A stretch of 63,446 nucleotides of DNA, filler included, from Reclinomonas americana ATCC 50394 (taxonomy: Eukaryota), in assembly GCA_048213135.1 (NCBI GenBank). It is 12 parts of 9 records of this genome, joined end to end, with 100 filler letters (N's around TTAATTAATTAA, not from the genome) between each part and the next. Parts side by side here need not be neighbours in the genome. Positions count along the whole stretch, not along the records: positions 12,226 to 19,109 come from PS015911.1; positions 19,210 to 23,436 come from PS015912.1; positions 23,537 to 25,791 come from PS015912.1; 9 more parts are not named here. One strand, given 5' to 3'. The position numbers were made by a program, and so were the translations under genes. How positions within the stretch are numbered: the stretch's first letter is position 1; every line of letters starts with the position of its first letter. Below the pieces are notes generated by a model. The model was not told the origin of the DNA and did not search any database. It saw only the letters and a program-made list of their open reading frames with translations. Positions 12,226 to 24,435 of this stretch are shown piece after piece.

Positions 12226-15200
12226 GCTGGTGCGCGTGACCAGCGTCCTGCATCGGCACCGCCTCGCTGTGTACGACATGAGAACGCGCAGCATGTAGCT
12301 CACGGCACGTCAAACACACTCGCCTCAGCAGCAACTTCAACCACCCATCCTGAATGCCGGCAAACACGTCCGCCGCACGCCATTCGAGCTCCTCGCGAGT
12401 GATAGTGTAGTCCATCAGTGTCGGGCCTGCAGCACAGAAAGGATGTAAGCATTGTGGAGTTGACTCTCGTCTCCACCTTAAAACGCAACGAGTGACAAAC
12501 AGACTGCCGTTCACCGACAGCAGCTGCAGGTCGACAGGCTCCACCGGCCCACTGCTGGCTCCGAAGAGCGCCAGCATGCCACGACGACGGAGCACCTTGA
12601 GGCCGTGCAGGAAGGTGTCCTTGCCGACGCCATCGTACACCACGTCCACACCGCGACCTGCAAGAGTGTGAGCAGGGATACCTCACCCTCACTAGTTTCA
12701 ACGATAATAGTGCTCATCACTCGTTCTCTTTTTCCTCACATGCACACACTCCCACCCTTCAACCGCATGGATTCGTTCTGTGCTGCATCCCCTTTAACCA
12801 CTCAAACGCACTGCTCTGTTCATATGAATGCAAGCGCATATTCCCGCGTGGACTCGCTCACTCGCTCACACTCACTGGCGTCATCGACATTTCTATGCGT
12901 GCGGTCTCTGCTGCATCCCCTTTAACCATTCACATTCACTGCCCTGTTCATATGAATGCAAGCGTATATTCCCGCGTGGACTCGCTCACTCGCTCACACT
13001 CACTGGCGTCATCGACATTTCTATGCGTGCAGTCTCTGCTGCATCCCCTTTAACCATTCACACTCACTGCCCTGTTCATATGAATGCAAGCGCATATTCC
13101 CGCGTGAACTTGTTCACTCGCTCACACTCACCGGCGTCATCGTATTTCTATGCAAGTACACACGCATGCATGGACAACATCAAAACACGCACACTCACTT
13201 CGTTCAACAAATCTCGCTCTCGTTCTCTTCCCACTCAGTCGCTCATTCGCACACTTACTACCTCTGTTTTACATGCATCCGCTCTCCTCCCCTTCAGCCT
13301 TCCCTCTCTCCATCCACATCATCCACTATCCAAGCACGCACTCACTCATGCGCCAGCATCGACCTGTTCTCCTCTGAATCTCAAACTCAACACACACCCT
13401 TTTCCTCCCCCCTCTCCCTCTTCCCCCTCTCCCTCTTTCTCCTTTTCTCCCTCACCCCCTCACGCACCAGCCGTAATCTCCTTGACGCGATCCACCCACG
13501 ACTCCTGCACGTAGTTGACGACATGATCGCAGCCGACCTGCGCGGCCTCGGCGGCCTTGGCATCGGTGGACACAGTGCCGATGACGGTGGCGCCTGCGAA
13601 GCATGGGGAGGGCGGTGAGAAAAATGATATTGAGCGAGATAAGAAGGCTGACAAAGAAGCGGCAAGAGGAGGAGAGAGAAATAGAGAGACAGTAACTCTC
13701 ACAAAGAGACATGACAACTCTGTCTGGATCTGTGCATGATCTCTATTTCCATGTGTTCATGAACGACTGAAACAAGGAGCGATTACAGCTGTCATTTCTC
13801 TTTCCATCTTTCTCACTCCTCTTTCACACCAAAAGTCATCGGAAACTTTGCAATCCCAATTGCGCCGACTCTGGCGACTTCCATTGTCTCACGAATATCT
13901 GTTTTTTCGTCTCACTATCTCGCCCCTGCCTCTCTGCTACTCATCGCAACACAATTCAGGGTTCGACACCAACAATAAAGGGAGCAAGCACAATAAACAG
14001 TGCATGCCGCCAGAGCGTGTTATCTGCAGCTATCAAACACCAATCTTGTCGCTACCCACAATCTGCCTCTTCCTCTTACTCTTCCTTTCTTCAATCCCCA
14101 TTCTCTTTCCCCCTTCCCTTTTCCCCCGTTCCCCATCATCCCTTCCCCTTCGCCTCCTCACCAATCCTTCTCCTTTCTCCAGTCCCCATTCTCTTTCCCC
14201 CTTCCCTTTTTCCCCTTTCCCCATCATCCCTTCCCCTTCCCCTTCGCCTTTCCCTTCTTCCTCACCAATCCTTCCCCTTTCCCCCTTTTCCTCATTCGCT
14301 TNNNNNNNNNNNNNNNNNNNNNNNNNNNNNNNNNNNNNNNNNNNNNNNNNNNNNNNNNNNNNNNNNNNNNNNNNNNNNNNNNNNNNNNNNNNNNNNNNNN
14401 NNNNNNNNNNNNNNNNNNNNNNNNNNNNNNNNNNNNNNNNNNNNNNNNNNNNNNNNNNNNNNNNNNNNNNNNNNNNNNNNNNNNNNNNNNNNNNNNNNNN
14501 NNNNNNNNNNNNNNNNNNNNNNNNNNNNNNNNNNNNNNNNNNNNNNNNNNNNNNNNNNNNNNNNNNNNNNNNNNNNNNNNNNNNNNNNNNNNNNNNNNNN
14601 NNNNNNNNNNNNNNNNNNNNNNNNNNNNNNNNNNNNNNNNNNNNNNNNNNNNNNNNNNNNNNNNNNNNNNNNNNNNNNNNNNNNNNNNNNNNNNNNNNNN
14701 NNNNNNNNNNNNNNNNNNNNNNNNNNNNNNNNNNNNNNNNNNNNNNNNNNNNNNNNNNNNNNNNNNNNNNNNNNNNNNNNNNNNNNNNNNNNNNNNNNNN
14801 NNNGCGGCGTCGGGTGGTGTGGGCAGGTTGTTGGTGCAGATGGCCAAGAAGATTGGTGAGGAAGAAGGGAAGGCGAAGGGGAAGGGATGATGGGGAAAGG
14901 GGAAAGGGGGAAAAGGGGGAAAGGGGAAGGGTCTGGTGAAAGATTGGTGAGGAAGAATGGAAAGGGGTGGAAAGGGGAAGGGATGATGGGGAAGGGGGAA
15001 AGGGGNNNNNNNNNNNNNNNNNNNNNNNNNNNNNNNNNNNNNNNNNNNNNNNNNNNNNNNNNNNNNNNNNNNNNNNNNNNNNNNNNNNNNNNNNNNNNNN
15101 NNNNNNNNNNNNNNNNNNNNNNNNNNNNNNNNNNNNNNNNNNNNNNNNNNNNNNNNNNNNNNNNNNNNNNNNNNNNNNNNNNNNNNNNNNNNNNNNNNNN

Positions 15201-17205
15201 NNNNNNNNNNNNNNNNNNNNNNNNNNNNNNNNNNNNNNNNNNNNNNNNNNNNNNNNNNNNNNNNNNNNNNNNNNNNNNNNNNNNNNNNNNNNNNNNNNNN
15301 NNNNNNNNNNNNNNNNNNNNNNNNNNNNNNNNNNNNNNNNNNNNNNNNNNNNNNNNNNNNNNNNNNNNNNNNNNNNNNNNNNNNNNNNNNNNNNNNNNNN
15401 NNNNNNNNNNNNNNNNNNNNNNNNNNNNNNNNNNNNNNNNNNNNNNNNNNNNNNNNNNNNNNNNNNNNNNNNNNNNNNNNNNNNNNNNNNNNNNNNNNNN
15501 NNNNNNNNNNNNNNNNNNNNNNNNNNNNNNNNNNNNNNNNNNNNNNNNNNNNNNNNNNNNNNNNNNNNNNNNNNNNNNNNNNNNNNNNNNNNNNNNNNNN
15601 NNNNNNNNNNNNNNNNNNNNNNNNNNNNNNNNNNNNNNNNNNNNNNNNNNNNNNNNNNNNNNNNNNNNNNNNNNNNNNNNNNNNNNNNNNNNNNNNNNNN
15701 NNNNNNNNNNNNNNNNNNNNNNNNNNNNNNNNNNNNNNNNNNNNNNNNNNNNNNNNNNNNNNNNNNNNNNATGCACCACGCACGTCTGCCCCGCCTTCAA
15801 CTCAAACACCGAGTGCACCAAGTAATGCGCCGTCATGCCCTGCAGCAGCGCCGCCGCCGCCTGCTCCAACCCCACCCCCTCCGGCACGCGCACCAGCGAC
15901 GCAGCCGGCGCCACCACGTACTCGGCGTAGCACGAGGTGCCGGTGAAGGCCACGCGGTCGCCCACCTCAAAGCCCTCCACGCCCTCGCCCAGCTCCTTGA
16001 TGGTGCCGGCGGCCTCGCGTCCCTGTGGGGGAGGGAGGTGAGTGGGGGGAAAGGGGGCAAGGGAGAAGAAAGCGACAAACCAGAATCAGCGGCAGGCCGG
16101 CCTTGTTGTACGGCGGAATGCCCTGGCGGATGTATGTGTCGATAAAGTTGACACTGCGCGAGGCAAGGGTAAGCAGGACGCCATAATAAAAGGATGGACA
16201 TGAAGCGTCTTCTCCCTAGCTCTTGTCCGCAGCACATTGTCTCTTCGCTCATGGAGAATCGCGCAGGGAAGAGAGGAAGAGAGCCGACATGAATGCAAAG
16301 ATAGTGCAGACTCCTGCACAACCTCGTTCCGCAGCGAAGAGCACGCAGGGGCAGCTACTTACTTTCACGCTCGTCGGAGTGTGCGAGCGAAAGACCGACA
16401 GAATAGAGTTGGAAGCAACGGAATGTTGCAGACTGCTTCTCACTCTGGCCACAGCCTTGGCTCTCCACTCACTGCTGGCCTCGTCACAGCGAGACAGCTG
16501 CGTGCTCTGCTCTCACACCGAACGATGCAAGAGGAAGAGAGGAGAGACCGAGAGAAAGAAAGTCGGAGACTGCTGAACGGAATGCAAAGATGCGGCAGAT
16601 TCATGCCACGTCTCGCTCATTCCTCAGTTAAGTGTATGAAATGAGCAGCTTGCTCTGACACACTGAGCGACGCAAGAAGAAGATAGGAGACTGCCGAGCG
16701 AAATGCAATGCAACGATGCTGCGGATTGCTTCTCACTCTGTCTCCAAAGCCGTATCTCTCGCTTATCCCTCAGTGAAGAAGGGACAGCAGCTTGCTCCCA
16801 CACAAAACGATGCGAGGGGAAGAGAGGAGAGACCAACAGAAAGAGAATCGGAGACAGCTGAATGCAAACAATGCGTCACACTGCCTCTTACTCTGTCACC
16901 AAGGCTTTGTCTGCACAGCGAAGAGCAGCTTACTCCCGCACAAAACGATGCAAGAGGAAAAAGCAAATGCACAACACCAAGGAATGCATGATAATCTCCC
17001 ATCATTCCCTCCCGCCTTCCCCTCTCCCTATGTCCTCTCTCCTCTCCCCTTGTCCTCTCTCCTCCCTCCTCTGATGACGCAACCCCGCCGCCACCGTCTC
17101 CACCAACACCTGTCCCGGAGCCGGCTTCGGCATCGCCACCGCCTTCCACACAATGTTCTCCGCCCCGCCGTACTCCTCAACCACAGCCGCGTACATTGTG
17201 CTCAT
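12226..17205 (-). CDS. qor: NADPH:quinone oxidoreductase / zeta-crystallin-like MDR enone reductase (QOR family); 3' end lost in gap, one exon on a mis-oriented contig (14804-14855)
   Basis: MSTMYAAVVEEYGGAENI...PAPGQVLVETVAAG|VNFIDTYIRQG...|GREAAGTIKELGEGVEGFEVGDRVAF...LLQGMTAHYL...GQTCVVH|AASGGVGRLLVQMAKKI|GATVIGTVS...DHVVNY...|GVDVVYDGVGKDTF...GMLALFGASSGPV...GSLFVTR|PTLMDY matches E. coli QorA-type motifs throughout. Confidence 0.93.
12782..13150. repeat. ~128-bp tandem triplication in a QOR intron
   Basis: The unit starting gctgcatcccctttaacca occurs at 12782, 12910 and 13038. Confidence 0.85.
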
Positions 17206-17261
17206 TCGCAGACAAAAGAGAGAAAGAGAAAGCGCTCCGACTGATTACTCCGATATTTGTC
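17206..17261. promoter_or_regulatory. 56-bp head-to-head spacer (putative bidirectional promoter region) between QOR and the deaminase
   Basis: The QOR ATG (minus, 17205) and deaminase ATG (plus, 17262) lie in gap-free sequence. Confidence 0.6.
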
Positions 17262-19909
17262 ATGAGTGGAAAGCGCGCGGCTGAGGCCACTGCTGCGGCT
17301 GCGGATGACGAGCCGGCACTCAAGCGGCATCATGCGGGTGGTGATGATAGTGAGGTGTGTGAGTGGAGCGGAGAGGAGGGAGGAGAGAGGAGGGAATGCA
17401 TGCATTGTGCCACTGTGTGCTTCTTCCTGTGCATGTGAGTCTACGCCATCTTCTCTGAGTTTGCGTTGTGCAACGATGTCTAGTGAGAAGCTGTTCTCTG
17501 CACGCACTCTCCTGCGTGTGATTGCTCTTGATTCCTTTGAGTGTGTTGCTCTTCTGCGTTGGATGCGCGCTCTTGTCTGCGTTTGCTCTGTGCTGTGTGC
17601 GTGAGAGGCAACCTGCTGTCTGTGTTTGCATTCGATGTGCGGGTCTGCTGTCTCTGCTTTTTGCACTGAGAGGCTGCTCTCGCTGTATCATGCATGCGTT
17701 GCATTCTGCATCTCTGTATGCCGCCCATCCTCCTCCTTCTTCTTGCAACATTGTCTCTCAGCCCTCGTTCTTTCCTGGTTGTCCTCTTCCTCGCCCTATT
17801 CCTTTTGTCGCTTCTGCAGCACCAGCTTTCTCTGTTCCCTTCTTCTTCAACTGTCTTCCCGTCTTCATTTTCTCGCCTCTCTCTGTTTCCTTTTCTGTCT
17901 CCTTTCCCCTCGTTTGTCTCTCTCTCCTTTCCTTTCCTTTCCATCCCTTCTTCCCCTCTCCTTCCCCTTCTCTCACTTTTCCACCTCGCAGGTGACTTCT
18001 GGTCCAAATGGCGACGCATTCGTGCTGTCTCGACGCGCTGGTGCGCTGGCAAACTACCCGCACATGCGGCGCGCCGGTGGCATGCTGTACGTGTCGGGAA
18101 TTTCATCGCGACGGCCGGATAACACGCATGAAGGTGGGCAGTCGACAGGAAGGCACAGGAGAACAAGCGAGAGAGGGAGAGAAAACAGAAAGCAACAGAG
18201 CGATAAGATGCGAAGCAAACGAGGGTGAGAAGAACGACGCTGAATTGTGACGACTAGAGAATGACTTGAAATACAGGAGATGCAGCAAGAACGAAAGAGA
18301 ATGAGGGTGTGAGAAAGGAACAGGGACGAGCGAGGAAGAAGAAGAACAGGCGAAAGAAGAGCCAGCGAGAAGGAGATGAAATTGCGATAAAGGCACAGAA
18401 AACAGTCAGGGAAGAGCGAGGAATGAGGAAGAAGAGGCTGAGAGGAGAAGCGACAAGATCGAGATGAGGCTGTGAGAACGATCAGGAAGAGCGAGAAAAG
18501 AAGAAAGCAGGCGAATGAAGAGCCAGCGAGAAAGAGAATGGGGCTGTGAGAATGACACAGTCGCATTCACGGAGGAGCGAGGAAAAAATAGGCTGAGAGA
18601 AGAGGCGACGAGAATGAGATGAGATTCTGAGAAAGACGCAGCCTTAGCCAGGGAAGAGCGAGGAAAGAAGATGACTCTGAGACGATAGGTGCAGCGTTTA
18701 GGATAACGCAGCGCTACTCGGAGAGGGAATTAGCGAAGAAGAAGGAGAAGAAAGCAGGATGCAGTGAGGATTGAGGAGCGTATTCAGTGAATATCTGCGA
18801 GCACATCGACGATTCCCAGTTGATTGCTCTTTGAGGCTGCAACTCTCTCACTCCCTTTTGTTTATACGCTTCCCTTCATTCAGCCTCTCCGTTTCCTGTT
18901 TCTCCCCCCACATCCCTTCGCCCTCTGTGCTTCCCCCCTTCTCCCTTCCCCTCACGTCCCTTCTCCTTCCCCTCACGTCCCTTCTCCTTCCCCTCACGTC
19001 CCTTCTCCTTCCCCTCACCTCCCTTTCCCTTCCCCTCACCTCCCTTTCCCTTCCCCTCACCTCCCTTCCCCCTTCCCCCTTCTCCCTTCCCCCTTCTCCC
19101 CTAACCCTTNNNNNNNNNNNNNNNNNNNNNNNNNNNNNNNNNNNNNNNNNNNNTTAATTAATTAANNNNNNNNNNNNNNNNNNNNNNNNNNNNNNNNNNN
19201 NNNNNNNNNTCAAACCTTGATCTCAATCAGGAGATTCGGGTGCGGCAGCTGGTGCACGGCGACGGTGGTGCGCGACGGGCTCGTGTGCGGATCGCTGAAG
19301 AACTCGTTGTAGGCGCGGTTGAAGCCGGCGTAGTCGGCCATGTTGACGAGGTAGCACGTCATGTCGACCACGTGGGAGAGATCGGCGCCGGCGGCGGCGA
19401 GGATGACGGCGATGTTGCGGATGACCGCGCGGGTTTGCTCCTCAATGTCTTTGACGATGGTGCCGTCGGCGGTGATCGTTACCCCTAAAAAGGGGGNNNN
19501 NNNNNNNNNNNNNNNNNNNNNNNNNNNNNNNNNNNNNNNNNNNNNNNNNNNNNNNNNNNNNNNNNNNNNNNNNNNNNNNNNNNNNNNNNNNNNNNNNNNN
19601 NNNNNNNNNNNNNNNNNNNNNNNNNNNNNNNNNNNNNNNNNNNNNNNNNNNNNNNNNNNNNNNNNNNNNNNNNNNNNNNNNNNNNNNNNNNNNNNNNNNN
19701 NNNNNNNNNNNNNNNNNNNNNNNNNNNNNNNNNNNNNNNNNNNNNNNNNNNNNNNNNNNNNNNNNNNNNNNNNNNNNNNNNNNNNNNNNNNNNNNNNNNN
19801 NNNNNNNNNNNNNNNNNNNNNNNNNCTCGAAAGAAGTGTGTGCGCGTGTTCGTTTCTCACGCTGCCGCGCGATGCGCAGGCCGTGGCCGTGGCACCCAGC
19901 CACAGCTGA
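17262..19909 (+). CDS. 2-aminomuconate deaminase (RidA/YjgF/YER057c family, NbaF/AmnD type); exons 17262-17354, 17992-18133, 19484-19216 (on an inverted contig), 19880-19909
   Basis: ...[92 protein letters not shown]...[30 protein letters not shown]. The YPH..R...[11 protein letters not shown] and [17 protein letters not shown] motifs are typical of the bacterial aminomuconate deaminase subfamily. Splice phases match across the flipped exon. Confidence 0.85.
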
Positions 19910-19969
19910 ATGCCCCTCCTTCGCCATTCAAATGAATACTCATTTAACTGTTTCACTCGCTTCACTCTC

Positions 19970-20441
19970 TCACAACGCTACCGATCCGCCCACCACATCG
20001 TCAGGGTCGACGGCCACCTCATCGTCCGAATTGGAGTCTGCATCGGCACTGTCGCCACTCACCGACAGGCCGGCCAGTCGCTTCGCCACGCCGTTGACCA
20101 CGTCCACGTGTCCGTCGATCTTCAGCTCGCCCTTGGAGGGCAGGCTCTCCGAGAGCACCAACCGCGGTGCCTTGGTCGTCCACTGCCATTCGTCGCGATC
20201 GTAGCCGAGGAACTCGAGGGCGTTCTGTGGGGGAAGGGGGGTTTAGAACGGCGAACAGAAGCACAGGGAGGATGCAGTCTCGCAAGCGTCTACGCTCTTG
20301 CTGCACACATAAGGCGCAGATGGTGGCTCTCGTATTGCACAAGGGTTCTCACTCACGAGCAAGATGACGAACAAACTTCCCTGAAAATAACGCTGTGTCC
20401 CACACAATACTTGCACACACGCAGACACGAGCAGGTGCACG

Positions 20442-20476
<35 letters not shown>

Positions 20477-23400
20477 CCGGTGTATCTTCCACACCGACAC
20501 TGAAACAATCCGCACAATGCGTACACCAAAACGAACATTGCGCTCACTTGTACGCACACAACATTGTCCCTTTATCTCTCTTTCTCGCACGCACATGCAT
20601 ACACACATACAATCTCTCTCCCTCTCCCTTTCTACCACACTCTCCCACATACAATTCCACCCCCTTCCTCTCTTTCACCCTCCCCTTCCCCTAGCACCCT
20701 CCCTCCCCTTTCCGACAATCACCTTGGTCATGATGCGCTCAGTCACCTCGCGACTCAGCTCCGCCGTCAGCGACACCTTGCCCGGCAACTCCACCTCGCC
20801 CAGCGGGAATGGATAATCGCTGCCCATGCACACGCGCGTGTCGCCGAGTTTGGCCAATAGGAATCTGCGTGAGAATGAAGGAGGTGAGCAAGACTGCCTA
20901 CAATCGAATGCTTGTCAGAGGACAAACCTCAGCGCATCCACGTCGTGCACCAGCGAGTCGACAAAAAACTGCCCGAGGAACGCCGTTGGTGGCTTGCTCG
21001 TATCCATGGCACACAAGTCGGGTCGGCAGTGGTAACCGTGCTCCACGCGACCTGCGCGCGAAGAGTGAGAACAGGAGAGAATGCGCGAAGGAATGTAGGA
21101 CGAAGTAGGTGGTGACACACAGCAGTACCAAACGCCCCGAATTGTCACCACATGCAACAGCGCTCCACCTCTTGCACCTATGACTGTCTCCTCCCAAAGT
21201 AATTGTGCATCGTGCTCTCTCTCTCTCTTCAAGAACTGTGCCTGAGGGTGAGGAAGGGAGAGAGAGACAGAGAGAGAGAGAGCGTGAGTGTCACTCTCTT
21301 TCTCTCTCCTGTATTTGAGGTACAGCCTTCTCCTGCGCTCCTTCTCTCGCCCTATTTTCTCCTCCTCCTCTTTCTCTCTTTCTCTCTCCAAGAACTGTGC
21401 CTAAGGGTGAGGGAGGGAGGGAGAGAGAGGGAGAGCGTGAGTGTCACTCTTTCTCTCTCTCTCTCTCTCTCTCTTGTAATTGAGGGACAACCTTCTCTGC
21501 ATTCCCTGCGCTCCTTCTCTCTCTCTCATCTCTCTTCCTCCTCCTCTTTCTCTCTCTCCCTCTCTCTGCAGTGGTCTCCCTTCCCCGTTCCACCCCTCCA
21601 CACTACTCACCGACGATAAACGGAAACGCGCCACCTCCATGCGCAAAGCACACGCGCAATCGCGGATGCCTCTCAAACACTCCACCGAGAATCATGGCCG
21701 AAATGGCCGCCGCGGTCTCCGAGGGCATGCCGACCAGCCAGCGCAGCCAGTGTCGCTCGAGGAGATCGTGGCCTGTGTGAGAAGGAGAGGGAGATTCAGA
21801 TCACAGGGGGAGAGGAGAGGAGAGGAGAGGGGAGGAGAAGTAAGAGGAGAAGACAGACGAGAAGTAAGAGGAGAAGAAATGGAGGGAGAAAGGAGGGAGG
21901 AGAAGAGAGAAGAGAGACAGAACGCATGATCAGCGAGTATGAGATGACAAGAACAAGGCTAACAGATGAACGCATTAGCGAGAGAATACGAGACGAAACG
22001 ACGTCGTCGGAAGCGTGAAAAAAGAAGAAGGAGAAGAGGAGTGGGAAGAAACAAAACAGACGACGCGAAGAAAGAGGGAGAGCAAGGATGTGCGACTTTA
22101 CGAGAAGAAGTGAGTCATCTGCGTTAGCAATATTAAACGCGAGTGACGAAGTGCAGAGGGCAGAGGAGAGCAAGAAAGTGTGAACGCGAGAGTAAAGGCA
22201 GAGTAGCAGGCACAAAGCAAGGAGGAGAGCATACTGCAGCTGACGAACGCATGATCAGTTACAACGGCCAGCAAAAATCAAATCGCGAGACTCAAATGAG
22301 GAAGCAAAGAAAGGAAAGCGAAAAAGAGAAAATGAGGGAGAAGCAAGAGAGAAAGCACAAAGTAAGCAAGAGAGGAAGCATGAAAGAATTCACGAAAGAC
22401 AGAGAGCGCACCGCAGTGGGCAATCTCACCCCCTTTCCCTCTTTACCCCTTCCCCTTTATCACCCTTTCCCTTCACGCACCCATCAACCCATCCCACGGA
22501 TGCACAAACACCGCCGCCCCCATATCCTCCGCCGCCGCCCAAAACGGCTCCAGTGCCGGATCATCGAGTCGCCACTTATTCACCGACGAGCCAATCTCCA
22601 CTCCGCGCAGCCCCAGCTCCAAACACCGTCGCATCTCCTGCACGGCCAGATCCGGTGCCTGCATCGGCAGCGTGCCGAGGCCGATGAATCGGTCGGGATG
22701 CTCGCGCACCACTTGCGAAATGTGGTTGTTGATGAATTGCGATGTCTCCAGGGCGTGCTCCGGTCGCGCCCAGTAGTTGAAGAGCACGGGGATGGTGCTA
22801 AGGACTTGGACGGAGACGCCGGTGCTGCGGGTGAAGGAGGAGAGAGAGAGGGAGAGAGGGAAAGTGAGCGGATGGGGGAGAGGGAGGAGAGAAGAGAAGC
22901 TCACGCCTCTCTTCCACAACCTCACCTGTCCATCTCCTCCTTCCGCACATCAGCCGCCCATGAGTTCGGCTGTACCTCTCTGAAAAACTGCACGAAATCG
23001 GATCAGCGCCGGGCTCGTCAACCTTCTCCGGGCTAGCAACGCACCTTGGAGCCAACATACATCTTGGCGTTGCACGAACACGATCCCGGTGGCGCATGGT
23101 CAAAGCGCACGAAGCCAGCAATGCCAAAGCTGCGAGAGTAAACGCGAAGGGAGTGGATTGAGATGAGAGAGAGTGTGTGTGTGTGTGACAAAGGAACACG
23201 TGCAAGAGAGACAGGAAAGGCGTGCGAGAGCACGAGAGCAACGACGCTGATATTGAAATGGGTGTGCGACTGTGTGCGCGAGAAAGAAACAGTGAGAGAG
23301 AGAGAGATAGAAAAGAGGAGAGAGCGAGAGAGAGAAGAAACAGAGAGAGAGAGAGGAGGGAGGAAGAGGGAGAGGAGGGAGAGGAGAACAAAGAGCGAGA

Positions 23401-23691
23401 GAGAGAAGAGACAGCCAGAGAGCAGAAGGAGAGCAGNNNNNNNNNNNNNNNNNNNNNNNNNNNNNNNNNNNNNNNNNNNNTTAATTAATTAANNNNNNNN
23501 NNNNNNNNNNNNNNNNNNNNNNNNNNNNNNNNNNNNTTGCTGCTTGTGAGCATTTGTGTGGCTGGGTGTGAAGGAGCCGGGAGAGTAGAGAAGAGGAATG
23601 GAACGAAGGAAGACAAGAAGCCAGCAATGCCGAAGCTGCGAGAGAATGGCTGGGAGTGGATTGAAAGAGAGATAGAGATAGAGATAGAGAT

Positions 23692-23736
<45 letters not shown>

Positions 23737-24435
23737 AAGCAGTAGAAGACCGAGTCTGAGAGCAGAGTGTGCGATGGTTGCTCCAGGGAGTTACTGCGTG
23801 AGGCAAAGGAGACTATAGAAGTGTGGAAAGGAAGAGCGGAGAAGAGAGGAAGAGAAGATTGGTCTGAAGAGAATGTGCGGTTGGCACATTGTGCGAGAGA
23901 TTGTGCTGTGTGACTGTGTGTGTCTCTGTGTAGGAGAGCGAGTGTGCGGAGGAGTGAGCGAGGAAGAGAGAGAGGGAGAGAGAGAGAAAGAGAAAGAGAG
24001 GGCGAGAGAAACTGGAAGAAGACTGAGAGGGATTATGCGGTGCTTCTTGAGGCGCAAGTGCCAGTGCTTGTGAGGAGTATTCACACACGAGTGTGCGAGA
24101 GTGTGTGTGAAAGAGAGTGAGGGAGCGAGCGCACGAGAGACGGAGAAGTCTTGTCGCGGAATAAACGTCAGATTCTCGCCTGCTCAACGCGCGACGGTCT
24201 CTCACCCTCTCACGCATCACCCTCTTCTCCATACAGCCACCACCAAAGGAGAGAGCGTCAGAAAGAGAAAGAGAGAGAGGGGCGCGCGGGAGAGTGAGTG
24301 AGCCATTTCCGTCGCCTTTCCTTCTTCCCGCGCGACTCACCGCTCCGACCAATCAGGCCAGTCCTCGGGAATGATGTGTGTGTGAATGTCGATGCGCTTC
24401 AGTGATTCGCGCTCCCGCAGTGACGCACTCTCCAT
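19970..24435 (-). CDS. ACMSD: 2-amino-3-carboxymuconate-6-semialdehyde decarboxylase (amidohydrolase superfamily), about 8 exons
   Basis: KRIDIHTHIIPEDWPDWSER|FGIAGFVRFDH...|FFREVQPNSW...EEMD|STGVSVQVLSTIPVLFNYWARPE...RFIGLGTLPMQAPDLAVQEMRRC...FVHPWD|...WLVGMPSETAAAISAMILGGVFERHPRLRVCFAHGGGAFPF|GRVEHGYHCRPDLCA...DSLVHD|...GSDYPFPLGE...|NALEFLG. The metal-binding HxH, H and D motifs of ACMSD are present. Confidence 0.96.

Noticed and set aside
14804..15005. QOR exon AASGGVGRLLVQMAKKI on the opposite strand to the rest of the gene, suggesting trans-splicing or gene scrambling
   Set aside because: It sits on a 200-bp contig flanked by gaps, and its intron sequence is the reverse complement of the repeats at 14100-14300. 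A mis-oriented contig is the simplest explanation; long reads would settle it.
19210..19496. Deaminase exon 3 on the minus strand while the other exons are on plus
   Set aside because: A small gap-flanked contig whose splice phases fit when flipped, so most likely an assembly orientation error.
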